64,000 nt of DNA, taken from contig JAEOSU010000072.1 in assembly GCA_016840165.1 (NCBI GenBank), positions 96,001-160,000 on the forward strand, given 5' to 3'. Positions 1-9,169 of the stretch are shown piece by piece; position 1 is the first letter of the stretch, and every line of letters starts with the position of its first letter. The translations under genes were made by a program, and so were the position numbers. The notes under the pieces are model-generated. The model saw only the letters and a list, made by a program, of their open reading frames with translations. It was not told the origin of the DNA and did no database searches. The stretch is from Promethearchaeota archaeon (GTDB lineage Archaea; Asgardarchaeota; Lokiarchaeia; Sigyniarchaeales; SOKP01).

Positions 1-629
1 GTCCATACTTTTTCTGCATCTTCATTTTCTAAAGAAAGCTCAAAACCTCTTTCTCCTGTATATCCCGTACGAGCTATAAATATCGGGAATCCTTTGAGAG
101 AGCAATGGTAGAAGTAAAAACGATTTAGTTGAGATAAATCTACATCAACTAATTTCTGTAATAATTCATCCGAATTTGGACCTTGAAAAGCTAATCTACA
201 TCGTTTTGTAGAAAGATTGGTAATTTTCACATCATAGTTCCCGATATGGTCATTTAACCACTGAAAATCTTTATCAATATTGCTTGCGTTCACAATCATT
301 CTAAATCGTGTAGGAGTCTCCTCATAATAGACTAAATCGTCTACTACAGTTCCATTTTCGTAGCACATACAAGAATATTGACCTTTATTTATCTCTAATA
401 AATTAAGATCATTTATCATTACATACTGTAGAAAATCGAATACATCATCGCCTTCTAATAAAAATTCTCCCATATGAGAAATATCAAAAATACCTGCGTT
501 TGTACGTACAGCTTCATGCTCTTCAATAATACTTTGATATTGTACGGGCATAGAAAAACCAGAAAAAGGAACCATACGTGCACCGAGTTTCATATGAATT
601 TCATAAAAAGGAGTTTTTTTTAGTGCCAT
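1..629 (-). CDS. gcvT: Glycine cleavage system T protein (aminomethyltransferase), 5' part; runs off the window edge
   Basis: Manual translation from ATG at 629: MALKKTPFYEIHMKLGARMVPFSGFSMPVQYQSIIEEHEAVRTNAGIFDISHMGE..., the canonical GcvT N-terminus; later YTGERGFE motif. Not in the ORF track because it is truncated. Confidence 0.95.
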   Translation of the reverse strand, partial: MALKKTPFYEIHMKLGARMVPFSGFSMPVQYQSIIEEHEAVRTNAGIFDISHMGEFLLEGDDVFDFLQYVMINDLNLLEINKGQYSCMCYENGTVVDDLVYYEETPTRFRMIVNASNIDKDFQWLNDHIGNYDVKITNLSTKRCRLAFQGPNSDELLQKLVDVDLSQLNRFYFYHCSLKGFPIFIARTGYTGERGFELSLENEDAEKVW

Positions 630-787
630 AGTAAGATACACTTCATTTGACATCTATAACTTGATATTGTGAGTATAAAGTGCTCAGAATTATTTAAATT
701 TTCAGACTTGTTTTATTTGAAAAAGTACTTAAAAGGAGATCAAACCGATATAGCATAAAAAAATAAAATATAATGATAAAATTGTGT

Positions 788-1324
788 TTACTCCTCTACG
801 GGAATCTGAACTAAGCTTAAAATATCGTAGCCTTCTAATTTATCTCTTCCGTGTAAACTACCTGTCAATTCAATAATAAAGGCTACTCCCGCTACTTCCC
901 CTCCCGCTTTTTCTATTAAATTGCACGCAGCTTTAGCGGTACCCCCTGTAGCTAAAAGATCGTCGAATATCAAGACTTTCTCGCCACGCTCGATTGCATC
1001 TTCATGCATTTCTATGGTATCAGTCCCATATTCAAGATCATAAGTCTCACTAATGATTTTTGCAGGCAGTTTTCCCGGCTTTCTAATTAAAATGAAACCT
1101 GCATCGAGATAATAGGCAATAACACCACCCCATACATACCCTCGGGCTTCAATCGCTGCAACTTTGTTAATGCCCATTACCTTATAATGATTGATAATTC
1201 GATCACAAGATTCTTTAAAGGCAATAGGATTTTGACATAACGTAGTAACATCTTTGAATTGAATGCCTTTAACTGGAAAATCGGGGACATTTCGTATATA
1301 ATCTTCTAAGTTCATACATACCAT
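788..1324 (-). CDS. apt: Adenine phosphoribosyltransferase
   Basis: VPDFPVKGIQFKD, IEARG, RKPGKLP, YDLEYG, DDLLATGGT PRPP-binding loop. Confidence 0.95.
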   Translation of the reverse strand: MVCMNLEDYIRNVPDFPVKGIQFKDVTTLCQNPIAFKESCDRIINHYKVMGINKVAAIEARGYVWGGVIAYYLDAGFILIRKPGKLPAKIISETYDLEYGTDTIEMHEDAIERGEKVLIFDDLLATGGTAKAACNLIEKAGGEVAGVAFIIELTGSLHGRDKLEGYDILSLVQIPVEE

Positions 1325-1528
1325 CTTTATTAAAGATAATTAGTTTATGAAAATATTATTTCCAATTAAAAATTATTTCTAATTAAATCCTAAAATTAAA
1401 TAAATCAAAAAAAATTGAGAAATTCCGTATTATTTAGAAAAAAATTAAATAAACATTAATTTATATATTTAAATATATTAGAACCATAAAAAAATAATTT
1501 TAATTCATATTCAAGAGTTGATTAGATC

Positions 1529-2482
1529 ATAAAGATCCTCCTTTTTGGTCCCCAAAACGCAGGTAAGACCTCTCTCATGCGTACCACGTGTTTAGGCTAC
1601 AACTTTATGAAGGTTCTCAATTTAAAGCCAACTAAAGGAATATCTCGAGAAAATTTCATCTTTCGTGGAATTATGGAATTAAATGTCTGGGATGCTGGCG
1701 GTCAAGAACGATATATGGAACGCTACTTTTCCGAATCACAACGACAATTGGTTTTTTCAGAAGTGACTACTGCGGTTTTCATGGTAGATTCTAGTGTTAA
1801 AGATCACAGTGAAAAAGAAATTTTTGATAAATTTTTGACAAATATTTTTGAATTTAGCCCTCAAATCGATATAGTGTATGTTTTATTAAATAAGATTGAC
1901 CTTCAAGATTCAAAAGAGGATGAGGTGTATTATCTTTTGATAAACGGCATTTCTAAGGAGTTAAAAGAGAAAATAGCCTTTACTCCTGTATCGGTAAAAG
2001 AAGGCAGCGCTCAACATCGATTAATTGAAATTTTGGACTACGAAATACAAACAAATACATTAGCACTGCAGAAGTTGGGTAAACTTCGACATATGCTGGA
2101 TCAAATGAAAGTAAATACATTAGCAGAATTTCTTTTGTTTAATCAACCAGATGGATTATTAATTGCCTCAACTCTTGGTAAGTTTGAGAGTAAACCACTC
2201 CAGTTTTTAAAATTTGAAATTTCAACCTTGGATTCTAATATCTATCAAATTTTTACGAAGATCAACGAAATTACGAATAATACAGTCACACCTCTTAATT
2301 TGACAACTATTATCTATGAAAGTGAAAATAATTATATCTTAGTAAAAGATGTAACAAATGGAGCTGTATTAATGGCGGTAACTAAAAATAAGGATAATGA
2401 GTCATTTAATAGCTTAATGAATTGCTTAGGTGGAGAAGATTTCTCAGAACTAAAAAATATTCTAGGCGAATCAGAGTTATAA
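1529..2482 (+). CDS. Rag/Gtr-like small GTPase with C-terminal roadblock-like domain (start extended upstream of ORF-track ATG 1577)
   Basis: In-frame upstream IKILLFGPQNAGKTS (G1 P-loop), PT (G2), WDAGGQERYMERYF (G3, RagA-like), NKID (G4); C-terminal LLFNQPDGLLIAST roadblock-like pattern. Confidence 0.85.
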   Translation: MKILLFGPQNAGKTSLMRTTCLGYNFMKVLNLKPTKGISRENFIFRGIMELNVWDAGGQERYMERYFSESQRQLVFSEVTTAVFMVDSSVKDHSEKEIFDKFLTNIFEFSPQIDIVYVLLNKIDLQDSKEDEVYYLLINGISKELKEKIAFTPVSVKEGSAQHRLIEILDYEIQTNTLALQKLGKLRHMLDQMKVNTLAEFLLFNQPDGLLIASTLGKFESKPLQFLKFEISTLDSNIYQIFTKINEITNNTVTPLNLTTIIYESENNYILVKDVTNGAVLMAVTKNKDNESFNSLMNCLGGEDFSELKNILGESEL

Positions 2483-2535
2483 ATCATTTAAAAAGAAAAA
2501 GTATGAAAGAAAATTTATTTTTTAATAATTTTACT

Positions 2536-3384
2536 CTACTGCTCCTTTTCATGAAGAGCTCGCTTTGATAAGAGATGCTGTTTGGAATGATGGGGCATTC
2601 TTAATACCGTATCATTTGATTTTTCAATTTCTCTTGCTTGGACACATAAATCTGCTGCAGTTTTCATCATTTCGTGTGCTGCAGCTAATAAAGGCATATA
2701 ATCAGCTCTCTCTTTAAGCACAAAACAAGCTTTACCTGTAATCTTAGAAACTGAGGCTGCTAATTCGAATGCAGCAATTGCTTTAGCACGAGCATAAGGA
2801 TTGGAAAATCCAGCTTCTTGGGTCGCATAACTCGCATCAATTTCAATCTGTGGTAACGTAGGTGTTTTTCCCTCTAACATGTCCATAATAACTTTGTTTA
2901 ACTCTTTTACAATAACATTTAAAGCACCAGTGATTGATAATACCTTTAATAAGTCTGAATTAAAACAACTCATTTCTATCGGGTCTAAAAAGGGGCGCCT
3001 TGCACCAATCATCGAGTCACATCCTACAATAATATATCCCATATTTTTTTCTTTATACTCCTCAATTGCTTTTTTAGCAGGAGCATCTGATATGACGATG
3101 GTTGGGATATTGCCTGCTAATTCTCTTGCTGCTTGTGGGCCTTTTAACGCAGCATTAGGACTCGACATGATGATTAATTCCGGTTCAAATTCCAAAAGTT
3201 TTTTCATTGTTTCCACACATTCCTCTGGAGGATGCATTTTAGCACCTGAAGTCACCTCCCGGACGTTTAATCGTGTTGCTTCTGCTCTTTCATCCATAAG
3301 GAAAGCGAGTAATAAAGATGAACCAATTGTACCATTTTTCAATATACCTATTTTTAATATTTTATCTTCGCTCATTTTTGACAA
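2536..3384 (-). CDS. mtd: F420-dependent methylene-H4MPT dehydrogenase
   Basis: GTIGSS, DERA, SGAKM, SPNAALKGP, DSMIGARRPFLDPIEM, FSNPYARAKA, AHEMM Mtd motifs; true start probably MSEDK. Confidence 0.93.
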   Translation of the reverse strand: MSKMSEDKILKIGILKNGTIGSSLLLAFLMDERAEATRLNVREVTSGAKMHPPEECVETMKKLLEFEPELIIMSSPNAALKGPQAARELAGNIPTIVISDAPAKKAIEEYKEKNMGYIIVGCDSMIGARRPFLDPIEMSCFNSDLLKVLSITGALNVIVKELNKVIMDMLEGKTPTLPQIEIDASYATQEAGFSNPYARAKAIAAFELAASVSKITGKACFVLKERADYMPLLAAAHEMMKTAADLCVQAREIEKSNDTVLRMPHHSKQHLLSKRALHEKEQ

Positions 3385-3560
3385 CTTATACTTTTATCAC
3401 TATCATTTAGAAATTCATTATGAATTTTTTAAAATGCTAGATAATTAAAATCTTTAGGTTTTTTTTCTTTAAAATTTTATATAGTATCACGTTCTATCAA
3501 AATTTGCTATAATAATCAGATTTTTTAAGAATAAATTAATAGAAAAAAGGTTAACTAGAA

Positions 3561-4472
3561 ATGGAATTAAATGGAGTTGAAATTGAAGATACTTTTTGTG
3601 AGGCGTTTGGGGCAGTTTTTACGCGGATTCTTGTTACTGCGATAAATGAAAAATGGGTAAAAATTGCTGCTCAAATCACGACGGGCTACGGCACTTCGAC
3701 AATTCATTGTGATTCTGAAGCGGGAATTGACATTTTAGTACCACCAGAAAAGACACCTGATAATCGCCCTGGAGCAGTCTTAATGTTTTTTAAGACCAAA
3801 AAAGATCAAATGGATAATGTACTCTTAAATAGGATCGGTCAATGTGTTCTCACTTGTCCAACTACTGCATGTTTTGATGCCATTAATGGCTCTCTTGATG
3901 TTGAAAAAGAATTTGAAATAAAAACAGGATTTAAGTTAAAGTTTTTCGGAGATAAATTTGAGGAGAAACTCGAGGGGAAATATCCATTCGAAGCATGGAA
4001 AATTCCAGTTATGGATGGCGAATTTATTATTCAGAGTATGTTTAAAGTGGGAAAGGGAATTGCTGGTGGTAACTTCTTAATTATGGGAAAGGATCAAAAA
4101 AGCGCATTAGAAGCAGCAGAAAGAGCCGTTGAAGCAATAAGTAAGGTTGAAAATGTGATCGCCCCATTTCCAGGAGGAATAGCTCGTTCTGGTTCGAAAG
4201 TAGGTTCACAATATAGCTTTTTGAATGCATCAACAAACGATCCCCTATGTCCAACTTTAAAGGATAAGATAAGTGAAAGCTTACTCCGAGATGGTGATAG
4301 TTGTGTATATGAAGTCATTATAGATGGAGCAACTGAAGATTCAATAGTGAAAGCGATGAAAATAGGGATTGAAGCAGCAGTAAAAGTTCCTGGTGTTAAT
4401 AGAATTTCTGCTGGAAATTATGGTGGAAAACTTGGAAAATTCCAATATAGATTACATGATATTCTGAGTTAA
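3561..4472 (+). CDS. ftr: Formylmethanofuran-H4MPT formyltransferase
   Basis: IEDTFCEAF, TPDNRPG, RIGQCVLTCPTTACF, GIAGGN, PFPGGIARSGSKVGS, SAGNYGGKLG. Confidence 0.97.
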   Translation: MELNGVEIEDTFCEAFGAVFTRILVTAINEKWVKIAAQITTGYGTSTIHCDSEAGIDILVPPEKTPDNRPGAVLMFFKTKKDQMDNVLLNRIGQCVLTCPTTACFDAINGSLDVEKEFEIKTGFKLKFFGDKFEEKLEGKYPFEAWKIPVMDGEFIIQSMFKVGKGIAGGNFLIMGKDQKSALEAAERAVEAISKVENVIAPFPGGIARSGSKVGSQYSFLNASTNDPLCPTLKDKISESLLRDGDSCVYEVIIDGATEDSIVKAMKIGIEAAVKVPGVNRISAGNYGGKLGKFQYRLHDILS

Positions 4473-4525
4473 TAAGTACAAGCAGTAATAATTAGATTAG
4501 TATTAAATTTAATAATTAAAAATTT

Positions 4526-6244
4526 TTATTTTAATCTTCTTTTAATTTTTCTTTGAATTGGTTTTTGTTCGCTAGGTTCTTTTTGAGGTTCTTCCTCACC
4601 AATTTCCTCTAACTCTTCCTCCTCTCTTAGCCGCTCCTTAACCTTTTTTCTTTTTAGCTTTTTCTTTTTCGATATTGCTTTTTGTGGTTCTGAATATTTT
4701 GATTTAAAATATCGATATACTAAAGCTATGCCTCCTAGAAAACCGAAAATCACGCCCAATATTAATGCAATCCAAGGAAGAACAGGACTTAATAAATCAG
4801 GGATTATCCTAATTTCCTTTGGAGCAAAACCGTAATCAGACGTAAGGCTTGTCACGCCTCCATCGCTATCATAAACAGTTAGATATACATACCATGACCC
4901 AGGCATTAAATCAACTGTTCGGATAATCACCTCCACATTATCTTTATATTTTATCGAAATATTGTACCATTCATTCCTCTCATTTAATAGATGCACTGTT
5001 ATTAAAGAAATTGTATCTTCTACATCAGAAACATTAAACATAAAGATTATATCTTCACCATAATTAATTGAGATACTGTTCTCAACATTTATCCCATTAA
5101 TGGTGAAACCATGGATCTCTGGAAGGTTATTCTCAACGGTTATTATTTCGATATATGGTTCACCTAAAGTTATGAATTGATCAAAAACATCAAATATTAC
5201 TTGATATTTTCCAATAGGTTTTCCAATAGCCACAGAAAAGGTGTAAACAAATGTCCAATCACCATTATTCGCCATTGAGGTAGGTGTGGTCTCTTCGCCT
5301 TCAGAGTCTTGGATTGTGATAAGTACAGAGATATTTTCGGCAAAAGTGTCTATATCCATATCTCCATCTGTCACATTTAACGAAACTGTGCATTCTTCAT
5401 CTATTTTTATTGTCGTTGCAGAAAAGTTTACAGATCCCGAGACAATCTCCGGAATTGAATTTAGAAGATTGAAAGGTAAATAGATCCTATTTATTTCGCT
5501 ATAATATGTATCATTAACTTTGATTTTAACATAATAGATATGATTTGACATAGAAAAGCTTTCATTTAATTCGAAGTAGAAAGATTCGATATCGGTTCCT
5601 AAGGTGAATAATGAAGTTTCAAGGGATTCATTGAGATTGTCCACAACCGAGAGAACCCAAGTAAAGGTATGAAGACCATAATCTACAATCTTAAATTCTC
5701 CCCACGCTAATTCTCCTCTCTCATAATCTGGTTTGTTTAAACTGCCCAAATAATTGCTAATTATTGTAAAATTAACGTATGTTGTATGAGCGTTTAATAA
5801 ATAATCACTTTGATTGAAAATGTAAAAATTTACTTTATGAAATCCTAATGGAGCGTTATACGCTGGCGTATAATTATAATCAAATTCATCATCATTTAAC
5901 TTGCTCATACTAAAATTTTTGAATACGTTATTTTGATAGGAAATTTGCATGAGCGTATAATTAGCATTCGAAAATCCAGAAACATTTACGCGAAAATAAA
6001 TTGATTCGAATAGTCTATTTATAGGTGAAAAGGTACTCTGATAAATAGAGGAATAATTCAATGATTTTAACCCATTGTCCGCGGATTTTGGGTTTAATTC
6101 CTTTTTATCCAATTGGAGGTAATTTGAATTCAATTCGTTTCCGTTAATATTGATTAAGCTTGCTGAAATGAAGACAGCAATCAATGAAATAATAATTAAA
6201 CTTATAGTAATTTTAGATCTTATTGAATGTTTAGGTTTTTTCAT
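4526..6244 (-). CDS. Membrane-anchored surface protein with Ig/cadherin-like beta repeats
   Basis: N-terminal hydrophobic segment, NSIPEI/NNLPEI repeats with VTDGD/VSDVED/VYDSDG, many N-x-S/T sequons, C-terminal TM and charged tail. Confidence 0.65.
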   Translation of the reverse strand: MKKPKHSIRSKITISLIIISLIAVFISASLININGNELNSNYLQLDKKELNPKSADNGLKSLNYSSIYQSTFSPINRLFESIYFRVNVSGFSNANYTLMQISYQNNVFKNFSMSKLNDDEFDYNYTPAYNAPLGFHKVNFYIFNQSDYLLNAHTTYVNFTIISNYLGSLNKPDYERGELAWGEFKIVDYGLHTFTWVLSVVDNLNESLETSLFTLGTDIESFYFELNESFSMSNHIYYVKIKVNDTYYSEINRIYLPFNLLNSIPEIVSGSVNFSATTIKIDEECTVSLNVTDGDMDIDTFAENISVLITIQDSEGEETTPTSMANNGDWTFVYTFSVAIGKPIGKYQVIFDVFDQFITLGEPYIEIITVENNLPEIHGFTINGINVENSISINYGEDIIFMFNVSDVEDTISLITVHLLNERNEWYNISIKYKDNVEVIIRTVDLMPGSWYVYLTVYDSDGGVTSLTSDYGFAPKEIRIIPDLLSPVLPWIALILGVIFGFLGGIALVYRYFKSKYSEPQKAISKKKKLKRKKVKERLREEEELEEIGEEEPQKEPSEQKPIQRKIKRRLK

Positions 6245-6251
6245 AATTTCC

Positions 6252-9059
6252 TCATCTTCTTAATAGTTTACGTTGTAATTCTTTATTTTTATAGTATAAT
6301 AAAATAGCGATTGGTATTAGGATCGGTAAAACATAAAAAACCATCAAATTGAACGCAGTTAACTCAAGTGCTATTTCATAATAATATTCAGCAAGGATTT
6401 CCCCTTGATTATCTTTTAGAGTAAAGGTGAATGTCTTAGATTGAAAATCATAAGGAAATATTGATGGGAGCACTTGAACGATGATTTTATTATCCCCTGG
6501 TCCTATGCCTGCAAGATTAGTTTCTACAGGGACTCCATTCACCAACATAGTAAAAGACTCTGAGATCTCTTGATTATTCCTAATTACTAAAATAAAATCA
6601 GCATATTCCCCTTGTGGAACGCTACTCGGAAATGAAACACTGATAATTTCAAATTTTGGATCGATATAAACAATGAATGATTTGTTATAAAAGACCGTTT
6701 CTCCCTTTTTTATCTTCATTATTATTTCAGTTGAATCCGCAACAATTTGATCTGAGATCTCTAAATCATAGTAAAGAGTTCTTATTTCATTCTTAGCTAA
6801 TGTGATCTCATCCAAAATATCATAAACTAAATGCTCTCCTGTGAAACTTATATTTAGTAATTGAGAACTATTTGGCAAAAAGTTTATTACTTTTAGAGAT
6901 AGTTGAATAGTGCCTCCTTTAATTGTTCTGCTATCATAAATGAAATCTCTATAATCAAATGAATGACCAATTTCAATTAATTTTATAATTTCTAAATAGA
7001 GAATAGTACCTCCAGAAAAGCTAAACCGAAGCTCATGAGGGCCTAGTTTTGCATCTAATTTCGCGGTCAAATTAAAAGTAATATTAGTCAAGACTAGAGT
7101 TTCAAGAAAGACTATCTGAGTTTCATTATAAATATCTTCTGATTCCATCGATACATTAAGTAAAACATTCTCATTACGAGTGTTATTAATTTGAAGGGTA
7201 ATATTAAGAGTTGGTCCTTGATATAATATGCTTGGTAGACCAAGTATATCCACCTCAATCAAACCTGAAACTACATTGAAGTGTTTTAGTGTAATTGCAG
7301 TTCCCATTTTTGAAGAATTTGCATAAACCCAAAGGGAATAATTATTGCCTATACTAACCAAATCAGTGATATTATACAAGAGAGTTGTAGGTGAAGAGGT
7401 TATTGGATCAGAGACAGTATCAAAAAGCGCCCCATTCTCGGGTGTTTTAAATAAATAAGTAATATCACCATCCTCGATCTCATAGATAATAGTTTTTGTT
7501 TCATAGACCTCCGTGGTGGTATTATAATATTGAATTTGGTTTTGATATGCATAAATCGAGGTTAAATTCATTATATCTTGATTGAAGATATAATCAGGAA
7601 CATTTTGAGAAACATTAAATTCAGCATCTAATAAAGTGCTATTATAAAGTTCGTATGCTTCGATATAAGCTTCACAGAGCACTAAATTTGCGTTAAAATC
7701 TTTGTCAGCATTGTAAGGATCACTAATTGAACTTCTATAGGCATTTACTGATTGATCATAAAATTCAGATTCAAATGTTTCATATAACTCCCAAGCTCGT
7801 TCATAATATGTAAAATTTCCGGTAACCTCAAAAAACCGAACACAAGCTAGCATCATTAAAGCATTTGCTTCAAGATCAATCATTCTATTTGCTCCAGCAC
7901 CACCCCAGAAGGGGTCTCTACTAAATTCATAAGCATTGTAACTGCCTCCAATATTAGGAGACCACATCTCAGTTTCCATCTTATTATATAATGCCTTCGT
8001 ATAATTAAAAAAGTCAGAATCTGGATTCATTCCCGATTCTAGCCAATATTCGATAAGTGTAATGATCCCCAACGCGTTTGTTTTAAGATACTTAAAGTTA
8101 TAACCTGGCGCTCCTGCTGTCCAATCGCGCTCGGTATATTCTTTAAAACCAATATTGGTCTGATCCCATATATCATTATCTAATAATTCAGTCATAGTTA
8201 AATTTGCCAACAATTCCGCTCTGTCTCTTATTTCAGAGTTTAAATTTAGATTATCGTATAAATTTTTAATCTTAAGACATGTTAATATCCCGTATAAATT
8301 GCTTTCAGTATATTTGTCGGTAGTTGAGTTATGATCATAAAAGCCTTTATAGGTATTATCCCAGAATATTGATGAATTTATTAACTCAAATAGTTCTTCT
8401 ATAGAGTCAACTGGAGTATTCCCATCAATATCAATCGTTGCAATTTGATCTCCAATATTATCTATGAGAAGATTGATCGCAACTAAATTATCAATTAAAT
8501 ATCTTCTATCATCAAAAATTTCATTATCTGAGTCATCCACAGACCTAATAAAACCATAATCATAAGATTGGCTATCTCCTTCATACCAAAAGGGTGAATC
8601 TCTTAAATCTAAATAGTTACTATATGTAGCAGTGGCATTCGTCTCTATTTTAAGAAGTGATTTATAAAGATATAAGTTATCCACTGGATATACCTTATCA
8701 TCTGTAATAGATCCAGTCTCATCGCCATTTCTGAAATAGGTGGATATTGGCAAATTTAAATTGGATTCATAATTTGACTGGAAAAAATACCAAATATCAC
8801 TAAAATTATCAAGAAAAGGAAACTCTAAGAGATCATCTAATCCTCCAGATAATAAAGGTGAGGATATTTCCTCTTCAAGAATTCCATTATTTTGGTCAAA
8901 TGGATTACTTTTATTTAAAATTTGATTATTAATATTATTAGAGATATATAAAATATTTAATAGCACTATAAATATGATAAAAAGCGAGAGAATGTTCCAA
9001 TTTTTTCCCATCTTCTTATTCTTCTTTATCTTAAAAAGAGAAGACCTACGTGAGTACAT
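6252..9059 (-). CDS. Large membrane-anchored surface protein: putative (alpha/alpha)6-barrel glycosidase-like domain plus Ig-like beta domains
   Basis: N-terminal signal anchor; repeated helical units ending in FWDNTYKGFY/IWDQTNIGF/FYDQSVNAY; EVTGNFTYYERAWELY; beta-rich C-terminal half; C-terminal TM plus basic tail. Confidence 0.6.
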   Translation of the reverse strand: MYSRRSSLFKIKKNKKMGKNWNILSLFIIFIVLLNILYISNNINNQILNKSNPFDQNNGILEEEISSPLLSGGLDDLLEFPFLDNFSDIWYFFQSNYESNLNLPISTYFRNGDETGSITDDKVYPVDNLYLYKSLLKIETNATATYSNYLDLRDSPFWYEGDSQSYDYGFIRSVDDSDNEIFDDRRYLIDNLVAINLLIDNIGDQIATIDIDGNTPVDSIEELFELINSSIFWDNTYKGFYDHNSTTDKYTESNLYGILTCLKIKNLYDNLNLNSEIRDRAELLANLTMTELLDNDIWDQTNIGFKEYTERDWTAGAPGYNFKYLKTNALGIITLIEYWLESGMNPDSDFFNYTKALYNKMETEMWSPNIGGSYNAYEFSRDPFWGGAGANRMIDLEANALMMLACVRFFEVTGNFTYYERAWELYETFESEFYDQSVNAYRSSISDPYNADKDFNANLVLCEAYIEAYELYNSTLLDAEFNVSQNVPDYIFNQDIMNLTSIYAYQNQIQYYNTTTEVYETKTIIYEIEDGDITYLFKTPENGALFDTVSDPITSSPTTLLYNITDLVSIGNNYSLWVYANSSKMGTAITLKHFNVVSGLIEVDILGLPSILYQGPTLNITLQINNTRNENVLLNVSMESEDIYNETQIVFLETLVLTNITFNLTAKLDAKLGPHELRFSFSGGTILYLEIIKLIEIGHSFDYRDFIYDSRTIKGGTIQLSLKVINFLPNSSQLLNISFTGEHLVYDILDEITLAKNEIRTLYYDLEISDQIVADSTEIIMKIKKGETVFYNKSFIVYIDPKFEIISVSFPSSVPQGEYADFILVIRNNQEISESFTMLVNGVPVETNLAGIGPGDNKIIVQVLPSIFPYDFQSKTFTFTLKDNQGEILAEYYYEIALELTAFNLMVFYVLPILIPIAILLYYKNKELQRKLLRR

Positions 9060-9169
9060 AGTAAATTCTACTTTGCGTTAAAATTATTTTTAAATAATAG
9101 TTATATCTTTTAAAAAAATTTCCTTCTCTTTAAAACTTTTTTCTGAATATCTCTGTGATTTAGGAATAT

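Noticed and set aside
1523-1525. TAG read-through (pyrrolysine) as the explanation for the GTPase N-terminus
   Set aside because: The upstream frame reaches TAA at 1487 with no start codon, and there are no pyl genes in the window
2879-3448. 189-aa plus-strand ORF and similar antisense ORFs in the track (e.g. 4094, 19943, 26646, 37564, 55321, 60419, 62766)
   Set aside because: Shadow ORFs opposite well-supported genes; S/F/I-rich antisense composition and no motifs
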